DNA of 64,000 nt from Octopus bimaculoides (Eukaryota), in the NCBI RefSeq assembly GCF_001194135.2, contig NC_069005.1, positions 35,268,993 to 35,332,992 of the forward strand, in the 5' to 3' direction. Both the position numbers and the translations under genes were made by a program. Every line of letters starts with the position of its first letter. Positions within the stretch are counted from its first letter, which is position 1. Below are positions 12,011-25,615 of this stretch, piece by piece. Below the pieces are notes generated by a model that was not told where the DNA came from, made no database searches, and saw only the letters and a program-made list of their open reading frames with translations.

Positions 12011-13300
12011 TTCAGGTGTGGAAGCAAGGACTAGAACTGAAGGGCCTTAGAATCAACCTAGCTAAAACCAAAGTCCTAATAAGTAGGAAGGTAGAAAAAT
12101 CGCAAACACCTTCAGGTAGATGGCCCTGCTCGATCTGTAGAAAAGGCTTAGGTAGAAACTCTATAAGATGCACCCAGTGCAAGCTATGTACACAAGAGGT
12201 GCAGCAATGTCAAAGGAAGGTTAACTAGGAAATTAAGTTAGTTTTTGTATGTAGCAGATGTTCAGGAGCTATAAACACTGTAAATGTGCAGAAAATAACT
12301 TCTGCCACATTCCAGGGAGAAAAACTAGAAGTGGTTGTTAGCTTCTGATATCTAGGTGACCTAGTTAGTAGTTGGGGAGGGTGCACTGAAAGTGTAGCTG
12401 CTAGAATAAGAATAGCCTGGGCAAAGTTCAGAGAGCTCTTACCTCTGCTGGTGACAAAGGGCCTCTCTCTCAGAGTAAAAGGCAGACTATACGACGCATG
12501 TGTACGAACAGCCATGCTTCATGGCAGTGAAACATGGGCCGTGACTGCTGAAGACATGCGTAGGCTCACAAGGAATGAAGCCAGTATGCTCCGATGGATG
12601 TGTAATGTCAGTGTGCATACTTGACAGAGTGTAAGTACTTTGAGAGAAAAGTTGGACCTAAGAAGCATCAGTTGTGGTGTGCAAGAGAGATGATTGCGGT
12701 GGTATGGTCATGTGGCGAGAATGGATGAGGATAGCTGNNNNNNNNNNNNNNNNNNNNNNNNNNNNNNNNNNNNNNNNNNNNNNNNNNNNNNNNNNNNNNN
12801 NNNNNNNNNNNNNNNNNNNNNNNNNNNNNNNNNNNNNNNNNNNNNNNNNNNNNNNNNNNNNNNNNNNNNNNNNNNNNNNNNNNNNNNNNNNNNNNNNNNN
12901 NNNNNNNNNNNNNNNNNNNNNNNNNNNNNNNNNNNNNNNNNNNNNNNNNNNNNNNNNNNNNNNNNNNNNNNNNNNNNNNNNNNNNNNNNNNNNNNNNNNN
13001 NNNNNNNNNNNNNNNNNNNNNNNNNNNNNNNNNGCGAAATCACGATAGCACCTGTGCCCAGCGTCGCCTTTCTGGCACTTGTGCCCGCAGCATGTGTAAG
13101 GACTTTCGAGTGAGATCGTTGCCAGTGCCCCTGGACTGGCTCTTGTGCTGGTGGCACATAAAATACACCATTTTGAGCATGGCCATTGCCAGTACCGCCT
13201 GACTGGCCTTCGTGCCGGTGACACGTAAAAGCACCCACTACACTCTCGGAGTGGTTGGCATTAGGAAGGGCATCCAGCTGTAGAATGATGATGATGATGA
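12011..13300 (+). mobile_element. RTE-type LINE 3' fragment (RT C-terminal region, gap, 3' tail ending in (GAT)n)
   Basis: Translates to 'WKQGLELKGLRINLAKTKVL..WPCSICRKGLGRNSIRCTQCK' and 'LRWYGHVARM', with frameshifts and stops. After the N gap (12738-13033) comes the tail shared with the abundant SINE, ending GATGATGATGATG. Confidence 0.85.
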
Positions 13301-13639
13301 GGAGGATGCCATGCGTTTGCACCTTCACTGGATACAGTTATGCGTTGGTAAATGATAAGGGCATCTCAGCATTGAAAAGCTGCCTCAAAAGCCTCTGTCT
13401 CACCCATGTGGCATGGAAAAGCGGACATTAACATGATGATGAGGATGATGATGATTGACTTAAAAAGCCATGAAATAAATTTATTTAACAAAAATCACTT
13501 CATAAAATTGTTGATGAGAGGAGCACTGAAGCGTTCATTGTGATTATTGAAGAACAGGTTATTCTCAAAGCGCCATTGTTTGGTTAGACTCTGAAGACAG
13601 TTTAGAATAACTTCACATTAAGTGAGCCAAACATTTTTT

Positions 13640-13701
13640 TTTTATATTTAATTAAAATGTCACTCTTTAGTTTTATATTTAATTAAAATGTCACTCTTTA
13701 G
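13640..13701. repeat. perfect 31-bp tandem duplication
   Basis: TTTTATATTTAATTAAAATGTCACTCTTTAG occurs twice in direct succession. Confidence 0.9.
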
Positions 13702-13799
13702 TTTTAATGATTCTGCAATGAGAAGTCAAATAAGATTGAAATACATCGAGGTTTATCGCTACCAAACTACCATTTTTAAATAAACAAATTTGGGAGAAA

Positions 13800-14025
13800 A
13801 TGGGGGAGGGGGAGGGGGACGGGCGGAAGTCTTTCCAAAATGTCTGCGCTGTAACAGCTGCCCTTAGCCGGTTCTGCAAAAAACGAAGATCAGACTTCAC
13901 CGCAAGAGATTTGAACTCAGAACATCAACGGATACTACTAAATATTGAAAGCTATTTCTCCTGCGTTTAACCGGTTCAGCCAATTCGACACGTCATCCAC
14001 GTGATTATCCTCCCCCCCCCCCATC
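13800..14025 (+). promoter_or_regulatory. putative TATDN3 promoter
   Basis: Locally CpG-rich block just upstream of the ATG, with GC box GGGCGG (13821-13826), E-box CACGTG (13998-14003), a CRE-like TGACGT on the minus strand (about 13990) and a G5AG5AG5ACG3 tract. Confidence 0.5.
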
Positions 14026-17000
14026 ATGGCTGGCAACCTTTCTTTATTCTCTATTGATGCTCATTGTCATCTGGCAGACTCGCAGTTTACTAATGTAAGA
14101 ACATTGTGATATCTGTAATATTTTAGGGAAGGATTATATATTTACAGATAGATTTCCTGATTTATAACCTAAAGATAGGAAAGAGTTTTTTTTTTTGTGC
14201 CGGTAACTTTAACGATTGCTTTGTCGCAGATCACTTTCCATAAGTTTTTACTTTTCTTTCCATTCGGCAACAGTCTATGGAAAATAAATCCCAGTAATAT
14301 ACTGAGGTCTGTTTAATAAGCGATTCTACCTTCTCGTACCAAGATTTATTTGATTTCATTTTGCTTTGTTAAAATATTCCGCTCTTAGACATAACTTTCC
14401 ACGCATTGAAGTTGACAATGAATTCACGACCGGCCAAACTGAGTTCGTTGTTCTTCTCCCCATCTCACTATTATTTTACTGCATGCTTTAAATACTTCTA
14501 AATATCGACGAGGAATAAAACAGAGACACTCTATTGTAGAAATATTCAGGCAATACTATCTGTTATAACCTTTTTTATTCTTCTAAACCGGGTCATAATT
14601 TTATGATATTATTATTTCAGCTTACACCGCTTCCTTTTAATAAGTCATTCCACCTTTGATTCTCCTGGTTTTTAACCCCTAGTGAACCCTGTACTACATT
14701 TTTTTAAATGGTGTGTGTGACTTAAATGATAAATAACATTTTCCCCACACACAAGTCGAGCGGCACTTACACAGCTGATTTCCTATTCTGTATAATTATA
14801 TTGTTGTTTAGCCCTAGGTCGTTGATGATCGAATAGACTTATGATCAAAACTATTTCAGTCGGGATCATCTCATCTTTTTGTATATTCATGGCTACGTTG
14901 TCCAAACCATTTTAAAGTAAATATTGCGTGATTTGAGAGAAATTTAGCTGCTATTTCTAGCAAATCGTGCGATCACGTAAGGTTTGTGACACAGTCATTC
15001 CAACCTACATAGTGTATTAACCGTAATTGCTTTGCTGACTGGAAAGTCAATGGAACCTTTGGAAACCATAATATACCTGATTGTCATTGAAGGCCGTGCT
15101 TCGGTACAGTCTTAAATATGACAACTAAAACAAACTAAAGAATTTTAAAATGTTCAGATTTAAGATGCAGGAATTACAATGGCTGTTGGAAAGGAATAAA
15201 AATTATAAATTGAAATAAAGAAAAACCACAAAAGCTTGCAATTTTGAGTGTTATCCAGACAAATCTCCCTCACATCACACAGCCTACCGTCTTGAGAAGT
15301 GAAAGACTTTCGTTAATATAGTCTTTTATACTATAGATTTGAAAACAAGACAGGACGGTCATGACTGGAACGTCTGATCATATGTTTGCTCAGTCATATT
15401 AAAGTGAGAAGCCAGCTTGTTGAGTAAAAGATCTACATGTTGATATGTACACCTTTATCTACCTATGCACCTATTTCATTAAAGGTAGAGGTGTGCATAT
15501 ACCTGTGTTCATATGTGAAAAGATCAGTGAAAGAACCTACACACATCCAGGTAATTAAAGGTAGACGTACGTGTATTTATGTTCATTTATGCAGGAACAT
15601 TCAGATATATTTTGATACCAGCTGCACAATGCCGTTGCCATTTGAGCGAGGTCATTGCCAGTGCCGCTGGACTGGCTCCCATGCAGGTGGCACGTAAAAA
15701 AGCCCATTTTGAGCACGGCTGTTGCCAGTACCGTGTGACTGGCACGTAAATGCACCCATTACACTCTCGGAGTGGTTGGCATTAGGAAGGGCATCCAGCT
15801 GTAGAAACTCTGCCAGATCAGATTGGAGCCTGGTGCTGCCGTCCAGTGTGGTGTGCTATTTATGATAGTTTTCTAATGATACTGTTATCACACTCTGAAT
15901 TTATTAATTAATAAAATCTACTTTTATTATTGCAGGACATTGAATCCGTTATAGAAAGGGCATTAAAGGTTTGTTGATAATCAATCTCTTACAATTTTGC
16001 ATTTAAAGTGACAGATGTGTGTCTCAGAGACTTCATAAAACCATAGCACAATACTGGTTTCAGCAGCAGTCATGGCTGATAGGATTAACGTACCTCCTGG
16101 TTTAACACAACCTTCATGCCTTTGGATACTACGAATGTTACAAATGTTATATGATCTCTCATGGCCATTTTATATTATCAAAACTCGATAATATGAAAGC
16201 GAACCAAAAGGGCATTTAAGTGGGTCTGTTTCTAATGTTCTCTTAGTGTATATTGCTCCAGTACTTCTCCCACACTCAAAGCCTGTCTTTCTGTGATTCC
16301 ACTATGCCTCATGTGTATCCATTGCTTACACCAGGCACAGTATTTTGAGTTAATATTTACTCCTTTTCTGAGTATTGAGTAAGGCCATCTGACGAAACTT
16401 CAGTCCTGTCTTCATTCCTACCTACTAATACCTTAATCATTATTAAGTTTACCTTGCATCCTATAGATTCTAGGTTTTTGCCTGGAATTTCTTCCCAAAT
16501 TCCATTAGAGACTCAGCTATAAGAGTTTCCATAGACAGCTGGTCTTAAGCACTTCTGTAATGACCTATGAGATTATAATGAATAGAAGAGGGCTGAGGAC
16601 TGTACCTTGCTGGTCTCCTATCTTCACATTAAATCCATCACTGACCTCATTGTTGGCTCTTATTTACAGCATCTTTGCATGATATACAAACACACACACA
16701 CATTAATTACTCAGTTGATTTTATTATCAGCAACGTCGTAGAAACTCCAGATTAACTGGCCATTCTGCTATGGTATTGAGTAACTTTTCTTTTTGATATA
16801 ATCAAGTGTGTGTTCATCATCATCATCGTTTAGCATCCGCTTTCCATGCTAGCATGGGTTGGACATACACTGCTTCTTTTTCCTTCTCTCTTTTCACTCT
16901 TCTTGTTAGTCAGAGGTAGAGCATGTGGACCTAACTCATATGTGGTTTTTATTTTCTGGATCAGTTTTCTTTTTGCCTCCTTTTCTCTTCCCAGTCTTCC

Positions 17001-20000
17001 CTGGACTTTCCTTTTGTGTCTGATGAAAGACTTTTTCCGAAACATTATAACCTTTGCTCTATAACTTTTTTTCCTTCCTTGAGTGTCTTCTTTAATATTA
17101 ACAGAAATGTTCCTTGTACTTTTGTTGCTTTTTGTTATTTGTATTTGCTTTGGTCTATCTGTGTGTGTGCATATGTAATATAATTGTATTAACTTTTCTA
17201 CCTGTAGGCAGGGGTGAAATCTGCTCTATGTGTGGCCATTGGACATTCAGACTTTGAGAAAATAATATCTTTAAATAAAAGGTGAGTTAAAAACTTGCGT
17301 GGTTCATATAAAATACTGGGTGTTTCTCTGGTGTTCTTGCTACTTAATACTGAGATGATTTTCATCTTCTACTGCATCTTATATAGTACATGGATGGCTA
17401 CAGCAGAAGTGTTAAGGTCAATTTTTTCCCTAGTGAAGTGATGGGTGTAAAGAGAATGATAGAAAGAGCCATGCTTCAAATATGTAAAAACCTCTTGTTT
17501 TAACTAGTTTAGGGAAAATAATGAAAAACAAAAACAAAAAAAAAACACCAAAACATTTTACTACTTTGGTCTCTTTTCAGATTTCCAGATTTCATTGTTC
17601 CTTGTCTTGGAGTACATCCAGTTCAGGTAGGAATATTTGAATAATTTCACTTCACATCTAAAATGTTGGTTATTTTTATTTTAATGGTTTAGTTATTAAA
17701 ATGCATCATGACAACAGCCATGATACATTTTAAGGCCTTTGTTACTGGTGAAAGGGATAGAGGGAGGACATTAGAGACAACAGAGTGAACTCTACCAAAG
17801 GAACTCAAAGGCCATGGTTGGGTTAAACCATGATAATGGATCAAGTCCACTACCCAACAACAGGAATGGTCCTAATGTCAGGCTTCCACACAGTTTCTGT
17901 CTATCAAATTTCATCACAAAGTATTGGTCAACCTAAGGCTGTAGTAGAGGTACCTAAGCTATTTTATAGATAACTTAAGGTTTGAAACTGAAATCACATG
18001 GTCCTAAAACCAAATTCTCTACCACACAACCACGTCTGTGCCTAAAGTTAACCAAGATGAAATTAATTCCAAAACTAACATCTTTTCAAAACCTGCCAGA
18101 ATCTCTTAAAGATTTTATTTCTTTCATCTTTTGTCTTTTGCTTGTTTCAATCATTAGACTGTGGCCATGCTGGAACACTGCCTTGAAGAATTTTTAGTCG
18201 AATGAATTTGCACCCTGTACTTATTTTTGATATAAGGCTAGTACTTATTCTACCGGTCCCTTTTGCTGAACCGCTAAGTTACAGGGATGTAAACATACCA
18301 ACACCAGTTGTCAAATGGTAGTTGGAGACAAGCACAAAGACACACACACACACACATATGACGGGCTTCTTTCAATTTCCATCTACCAAATCCACTCACA
18401 AGACTTTGGTCAGCCAGAAGCTATATTTGAAAACACTTGCCCAAGGTGCCACCGACACCAGAACCATTTTTTCGGGAAGCAGACATGTGCCTCTTTCCAA
18501 TATTTTGAGGCTGATTTGAATGGATAAAAACTTTTTCCTGGCTTTGACTGGTAACTTTGCTAGAACACCTTCAACATATTCCTCTAGAATTAGATAAACG
18601 GAGGCAGTGGAAATTAAATGTCCTTGAGACGAATTGAAACGTTTTAAATAGGATATGAACTCAGAAGTCTGTATGTAGTTTAGTGTTTTATTTATTTCTT
18701 GTGTTACGACCAACAATTATATCTAACCAAGATGTCATGGAGAAAGCTTTTATTATTTTCAGGAGGAAGAAGATGGAACCAGTAAATGTGTGATGGATGA
18801 GGTAGGATATTTCTCATGTCTTCTTTATATTCTTTGATTTGGTTTTGATTATATTTTGAGGGACCTTCTGTCTAAACTGTGACATCTGCATTGTTTCCTG
18901 GAACGTGAACAAGTCTGCATGCATTGTTTGATGTGGTGTTCCAGTTCAATTCTGTTATGGATTTGTAGTCCTGGGTCAAGCCGGGACCAGAACTGAGTGT
19001 TTTGCATTTAGAATGTTTTTAGGTAGTTGCAGCTCTTTACCAGTGAGGCAATGTGGGCTCTTGAACTTCCATATTAGAATTCTACAAAGGCCTAGTGGTG
19101 GGGAAGAGTGACAAAATCCTCAGAGAAATACTTAATGTTGCTGACAGCCAGCCTGGCTGTTCTGTTTGGAAGACTTTGTGCAATTTCCAGCAGTGTCAAT
19201 GGTGAGGTATTGCTAGTTGAAGGCAAACTTTGTAGACAGGGAAAACCTGTCAGCCTGGCCTGTCTGAAATACAATGGAATCCTGCTGGTCTCATTTATTC
19301 AGTGTCCAAACATGTGGACAGGGATTTTGCTGTGTATCAGATGCAACAGCCTATTGGCTGAGTCCCAGTTTTTCTCTGCCTGGTGCTCCATTGAAAGAGA
19401 TTGTGTGATGGGTGAAGACACTTTCCTCTTTGGCCATGGCCTCATTGACCTTCACAAGTTCCATCTGGAGAAGAAGGTGAGAGTGGAGAGGGTGGGTCTG
19501 CCCTCCAGGGAAATTGCTGATGCTGAAAGTGATGAGTATGGCTCATGTGAATAGGTCTCCTCTCATCATGCACCTGTAGGGAAATGACCTCTGGGACAAC
19601 TCCATGCTAATATTATACATTGTCTTTAGATTCGTTTTCTATTTCTCTCGTTTATTCCATGTCAGTTTAAATTCCTCCAAACATGTCAGTGTTATGCTTC
19701 TTCATTTCTTGCCCTTGAGCCCAATAAAACAGATCCTCGTTATGATTATAATTGGAGGCTCTGAGCTGGCAAAATTGTTAGCCTGCTGGACAAAATGCTA
19801 AGCAGCATTTCTTTATGATCTGAGTTCAATCCCTACCAAGGCCAAATTTCATCCCTTCAGAGTTGATAAAATAAGTATTTGTTAAGTGCTGGAGTTGATG
19901 TAATCAACTTACTTCCCTCGTCCGAAATTGCTGGCCTTGTGCTAAAATTTGAAATCGCCGCTGATTTACCTTTCATCCTCTAGGGGTTGATAAAATAAGT

Positions 20001-23000
20001 ACCAGTTAAGTTCTAGGCTCAATGAAATCTATTAGCCCCCCCCCACTCTTGACCAAATTTCAAGCCTTATACCTATGGTAGAGGGGGGGTTAGGGTTTCT
20101 TATTGTATTTTGTATCTCTTTGAGCCCTTGTGGCTAAGAAAGAAAAGAGTGTTGCAGTCATCGTCGTAGTAATAGTGGTGGCAGCATCAGTCGTATAGTG
20201 GGAGCTTTATTTTCATCCTCATCACCTACAATTCTACTGTTATATTTATTACAGGACTTGAAAGATGCCATTCCACTTATTGAAAAATATCACGACAAGA
20301 TTGCTGCCATTGGAGAGGTGAGGATTTGAACCGAGGTTTATATATTGTGTATAGGTATAACAACCCCGACAGAAACACTTGTATTTATATTTATATTGAT
20401 GACTGCCATACCATACTTGTATTATTTAAAGCGAGGGTGATGTATGTTAGCGTTGTGCGGACGCCCCCAGACGAGAAGTGGGCTAGTCCACTACGAATAA
20501 ATAGTGGATGGATACAGCCAGTAAGCGTCGATCGGCCGGCTGAACCAGGTTGACTGCAAAGGTATGCTGGTCAAACCTGCAATACAACAGTTAGGGACAG
20601 TTGGGTAGCGATGGCACAAGTAGTAGTAGTAGTAGTAGTGGAAGTAAGGTGTGGTTGATGGTGGTGTTGGTATCTATATGTTAGTTACATGGCATGGAGA
20701 TACTGCCAGCCAATATGGAGGTCTTCAGACAAAATTGTGTGAGCAGAGTACATTACAAAACTTACAACCTGCGGCTGATACACAGCGTTGACTGTGTGAG
20801 AGACTTCTTACCTGCTGCAGATGGTCACTATTACAAAGATTAAATACTACAAAACTTCACTACTACAGATGTTCACTGGTACAAATATTCACAGATGTTT
20901 ACAATCATAGATGTTCACTATTACAGACAGTCAGAACTAGTTTGTCTCTTAATTTATTTTAATTTGCAGGTTGGCTTGGATTTTACTCCTCGTTTCTGTA
21001 AATCAAAGGAAGATAAAGAGACACAGAGACAAATTCTTGCTTCACAGGTAAATATGCTCTCCTAATGCTATTCTTCCTCTTCTCAGACTCTTGCTATATA
21101 TGTGTACATGCATCATCATCATCATTTAACATCAGTTTTCCATGTTGGCATGGGTTGGACGGTTTGACTGGGGTCTGGGAAGCCAGGAAGCTGCCCCAGG
21201 CTCCAGTCTGATCTGGCAATGTTTCTACAGCTGGATGCCCTTCCTAATACCAACGACTCCGAGGGGGTAGTAGGTGCTTTTTACGTGCCATTGGCACAGG
21301 GGCCAGGGGAGGCTGGCAACGACCACAGTCTGTTGGTGCTTTCTATGTGCCACCAGCACAGAAGCCAGTCAAGGAAGTGCAGGTACCAGCCACGTTTGGA
21401 TGGTGCACGGGTATCACAACTACAATTTCCATTTGATTTTCATTTTGATGTACTTGACTCAATAGGTCTCCTCAAGCACAGCGTGTCGCCCTACGTTCCA
21501 AGGTACTTTTGAGTGGGCTGGTGTAGGTTACAGCTGTGAACTCACTTTATTTGCCGGGTCTTCTCAGTCACAGCATATATATATATATTATATCATCATC
21601 ATCGTCATTGTTTAACTCACTCTCTCCATGCTGGCAGCGGTTACACATGCAGATATATATTTTGTATAATTAATATCCCATATACGTATTTCAGTGTGTT
21701 AGTCTTAATTGTTATCTTTCTCTTTCTAGGTTGAAATTGCTAAGAAATACAATCTGCCATTGTAAGTAAGATGAAATTAATTATTTCTTTGTAAAACAAA
21801 ATACAATAACATTTTATACATTTTACTGACTGACACCATGTCATGAAAGTTGCTTGCTTTGTTTGTATAGTTAGAAGAAGACTGCACCTGACTGACTCAA
21901 CTTCAATATATATATATGTGTATGTGTGTGTTTATATATATATATATGTAAATGCACCCATACTGGCACTGCCTAAAAGCACCTAGTACACTCTGTAAAG
22001 TGGTTGGCATAAGGATGGGCATCCAGCTGTAGAAACTGGTTTCAGTCCTTTAAGATGACCTCTTCAAACTGGAATAAAAGGAAAAGGAAAATTGAAAAAA
22101 ATGGACATGCACCCATGCATATTAAAACATATTAATTAAACATTTTGAAACATTACATGTATGTAATATAGATAACATCATCAAATAACCAATGCGTATG
22201 TGTGTGTGTGATGTAGAGAACATCATCAAATTACCAATATCAATAGATTTGGCAAGGTTCAATGAATTTCTATGATTTATCCTCCATTTTATTACAAACT
22301 ATTGAAAAATATTTCATTAAATTAATGTTTTGATTCCCCAGAAATGTGCATTCTCGGTCAGCTGGTCGACCTACCATCAACCTTTTGAAGGAACTTGGTA
22401 AATATATCTTCATTTTCCAATATACTTTTGACATCTTCACAAAGGTAGAGGTACTTTTTCACCTTTGGCCCTGTCCGGAAAGTTTTTGTGTTGATGATGG
22501 TGACTAAAACTATAAGATATTATAAAGGCTTCGTCTAAGAGGTTTAGACTTCACCTGTTAACAGAGTGTGTGTGTGTGTGAGTGTGCTTGAATAGAGAGA
22601 GAAAGAGAATATAAAACATTTTAAAAAGTATTTTTGTTATATTTTAATTCCAGGAGCTGAAAATGTCCTTCTTCATGCATTTGATGGACGCCCTTCCATT
22701 GCGATGGAAGGGGTTAAAGCTGGTTTTTATTTCTCAATTCCGCCGTCGATCGTCAGAAGTGAACAGGTATTGTGAAACCTGGACATGTTTTTCTTTCAAA
22801 CTTTCTTGCTTTTACATCGAAATGGAATCTTAAATTTATAAGGAAGGTGTTACAGGAAGTTGTCATCTTCATGCTGTTTCCAAAGTTATTGGTGAAACAA
22901 TTCCACCTGAGAATTGACAAACCAATCAGACATTATGGTATTTCATCATCATCATCGTTTAACGTCCGCCTTCCATGCTAGCATGGGTTGGACGATTTGA

Positions 23001-24437
23001 CTGAGGACTGGTGAAACCGGATGGCAACACCAGGCTCCAGTCTGATTTAACACTTTTCATTGTTACCTGTCTTTCCTTGAGGTAGAAGTTGGTACTGAAT
23101 ATGACTTGGGTAACCATTAATACTTAGCATTGCTTGGGCTAACATTTGGTACCTGAGATCATCTGGGCTAACAGTTTATACTTGACACTACTTGGGCCAA
23201 CAGGGCAACTTTCAAATATATCATGTAGCAGTCTCATGGCCAGGGTCACTTCTCTGTACACAAATGGGGATACAGGATCACTTCCCTGCTTACTCTTTTG
23301 ACTAGAGGGACAGTTTTGTACACATCCCCTCCCCTGCCCATTCCCCAGACACATTTAACGTTTTTTAGCTGTTTAGATGTCTCATTGTCACATTAATTAT
23401 CGGTGATAGTAATGAAGCTGTTAAATGAAATAAAAGTAAATTAAATCACAATGTTGGCTCAGATCAAGAATATATAGCCATGACCATCCCTTCTTTTATA
23501 CAGCTGCACTGTTTCTAACCTTACTTATCCAGTGCATTCTTTTTGGTGTGATCTGGGGGAGATCTAGCTGCTATTTCTGGTCTGAATAACAAGGTAGAGA
23601 TTCCGGTTTTAAATATTGATATCAATAAATTGACAAAATTCATAATTGTTTTCCTTTTTTCTGTTCTGTCATTTCACCAAGAAGGAGAAATTAGTGAAAC
23701 AATTACCTTTGGACTGTTTACTTCTCGAGTCGGATTCACCAGCCCTTGCACCTGAAAAACAGGTCAGTTGAAAGATTTCAAGATATTTTTGGTCTGTTTT
23801 AACTTTGTTTTCCTTTTAATTGCTGTTTTCAATTTGGTTTGTTGTTGCTGTTGTTGTCACTATTGCCTCTGCCCCTTGCACAGACTTAGATGAATTGTAG
23901 AGACCTGTTAGAGTGAACATATGACAAGGCAACAGCTAAGTGAGCATAGAAGTGTAACTTCAGGGTCTTGCACCCCAGATGTTGTGTAGGGTGGCAGTCT
24001 GATGAGTTGTGTGGAGTCCAGCATATCAGTGTGGATATATGAGGTGCCTCTCCGAGAGAGAGAGAGAGAGAGAGAGAAAATAACATATACAACTCATTTA
24101 TTTTGGTCATATAATAAACAGAAGTTCATATATGAAATTGATCTGTTTTCTACTGCAATTATTGCATGTTTTTTCTCTTATAACAATATTATATAATTGT
24201 CATTATTGTATTAATAAATAAAATAACACATACAACTCACTTTTTATTGTCATATAATAAACAAACAGAAGTGCAGGTATGAAATTGATCTTTTTTCTAC
24301 TTCAATTATTACATATTTTTCTCTTATAAAAACACACACATACAGGAGGAGTTAATTATATATATAATAATACTTTGAATGTGGCTCCCAAGAAATAGTA
24401 AAAGTAATTACCTGATCAACGACAGGTATTACTGCTA

Positions 24438-24472
<35 letters not shown>

Positions 24473-24666
24473 ACTTGTATTATTATTATTCTCTTTTATC
24501 TGTATTATTTATTTTCCAGATGAGAAATGAACCTCAAAATATCCAAATATCTGCTGAATATATTGCTAGAATCAAAGGAACTGATGTTAGCCATGTCTGT
24601 GATATAACAACCCAAAATGCCTTTAAATTATTCCCAAGACTAAAAAATTTTCTAAAAAAATTGTAA
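14026..24666 (+). CDS. TATDN3: TatD-family deoxyribonuclease TATDN3
   Basis: 12 exons: 14026-14094, 15936-15968, 17208-17281, 17581-17626, 18763-18801, 20255-20317, 20970-21047, 21730-21761, 22342-22397, 22654-22766, 23682-23762, 24520-24666. All are GT-AG and phase-consistent. Motifs: [73 protein letters not shown]. Confidence 0.96.
16390..16680 (-). mobile_element. degraded RTE-type reverse transcriptase fragment
   Basis: The minus strand reads '..[23 protein letters not shown]..', corresponding to the RT SPLLFIIV..ITEEFKTGCPWELL region. Many stops. Confidence 0.6.
21112..21520 (-). mobile_element. abundant SINE-like repeat sharing the RTE LINE 3' tail (representative copy)
   Basis: (CAT)n-GTTTAACGTCCGCTTTCCATGCTGGCATGGGTTGGAC...CTACAGCTGGATGCCCTTCCTAATGCCAACCAC. 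Other copies at about 1481, 2560, 3085, 4930, 9677, 10620, 15620 (+), 16813, 21970 (+), 22944, 28130, 29455, 31330, 34010 (+), 34440, 44636 and 55440. Confidence 0.85.
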
Positions 24667-24879
24667 ACAATGTGTGATATAAATAAATAATTAAATTATG
24701 TGATTGTCTGAACTAATTTATTACAATTAATGATATTCAATTTTCATTTATTAGTTATCATTAATTGGTTTACCGGCAAGGCCATGCTGAAACATTGCTG
24801 GTTAAGCAGTTTGTTCTGGAACCATGATGATGATGAAGATATATACATAGAATACAATGGATCTCTGGACAGTTTACAT

Positions 24880-25615
24880 CTACTTCACTTAGAAACAAAA
24901 GTCCCCTGTGATATTTGAGGAGGAAACTACAGACTTGTATCAGAGAGAGCAGCTGGAAGTCCTTGTCAGGCAGCTTGCTGAGTGCCACAGACCAAATCTG
25001 TGGCTGGTGCCAAGTCCCAACCGGACCCAGGTTGAGGTGGAAGTGGAACAGTGTTGTAGACAAGGCCATGAGAACAAAGAAACAGGACTGTGAAAATGGT
25101 GGTAGCAGTGAACTATAACAGGTAGCTAAAATGGAGGCTAGAAGACAGGTATACTCAGCCAGCAGAGAAGCAGAAAGGAAGAAGTTTGCCAGTGTTCTGC
25201 GATGAGAAGACCAGAAGCTTGAAGTGTTTTGGATTGCATGAGAGTGTGTCATAGAAAATTGTGATGTCATAAGAGAGAAGTGTGTTCACACGGATGATGG
25301 CTTACTTGCCGTTAGTGATTCTGCAAAGTGGGAGGATGCTTGGAAGTGCCACTAGGAAAGGTTGCTGAATGTAGAGAATGCACAAGAGGAGAGCCTGCTT
25401 AATGTGGACACTCAACAGAGGGGTAGGCTATTCGAATAAAGCTTGGTAGATGAATAAATTAAGGATATAAAGATGGGGAAAGCCTCTGGCCCATCATATC
25501 TGGTGAGTGGGATAGGACCTGGTCACCCCTATAGTTAATCAAGTTGTCCACAAGGGAGTCATATCCAACGATTGGTGTAACAGCAATTCCTGGGACCACA
25601 CCTGCAAAGTGTAAA
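24880..25615 (+). mobile_element. RTE-type LINE internal fragment
   Basis: 'WCQVPTGPRLRWKWNSVVDKAMRTKKQ' matches the related text in the 57.2-kb copy (WWRNNVVDKAIREMK.AWKDWK). Purine-rich and degraded. Confidence 0.7.

Noticed and set aside
18840-19590. 148-aa ORF 19108-19554 and coding-like composition
   Set aside because: It sits in a TATDN3 intron with no recognisable domain, and the other frames are full of stops. Most likely an old retroelement fragment read in a non-coding frame.
23724-23735. TATDN3 ESD instead of ETD
   Set aside because: Conservative change; the catalytic Glu and Asp are retained.
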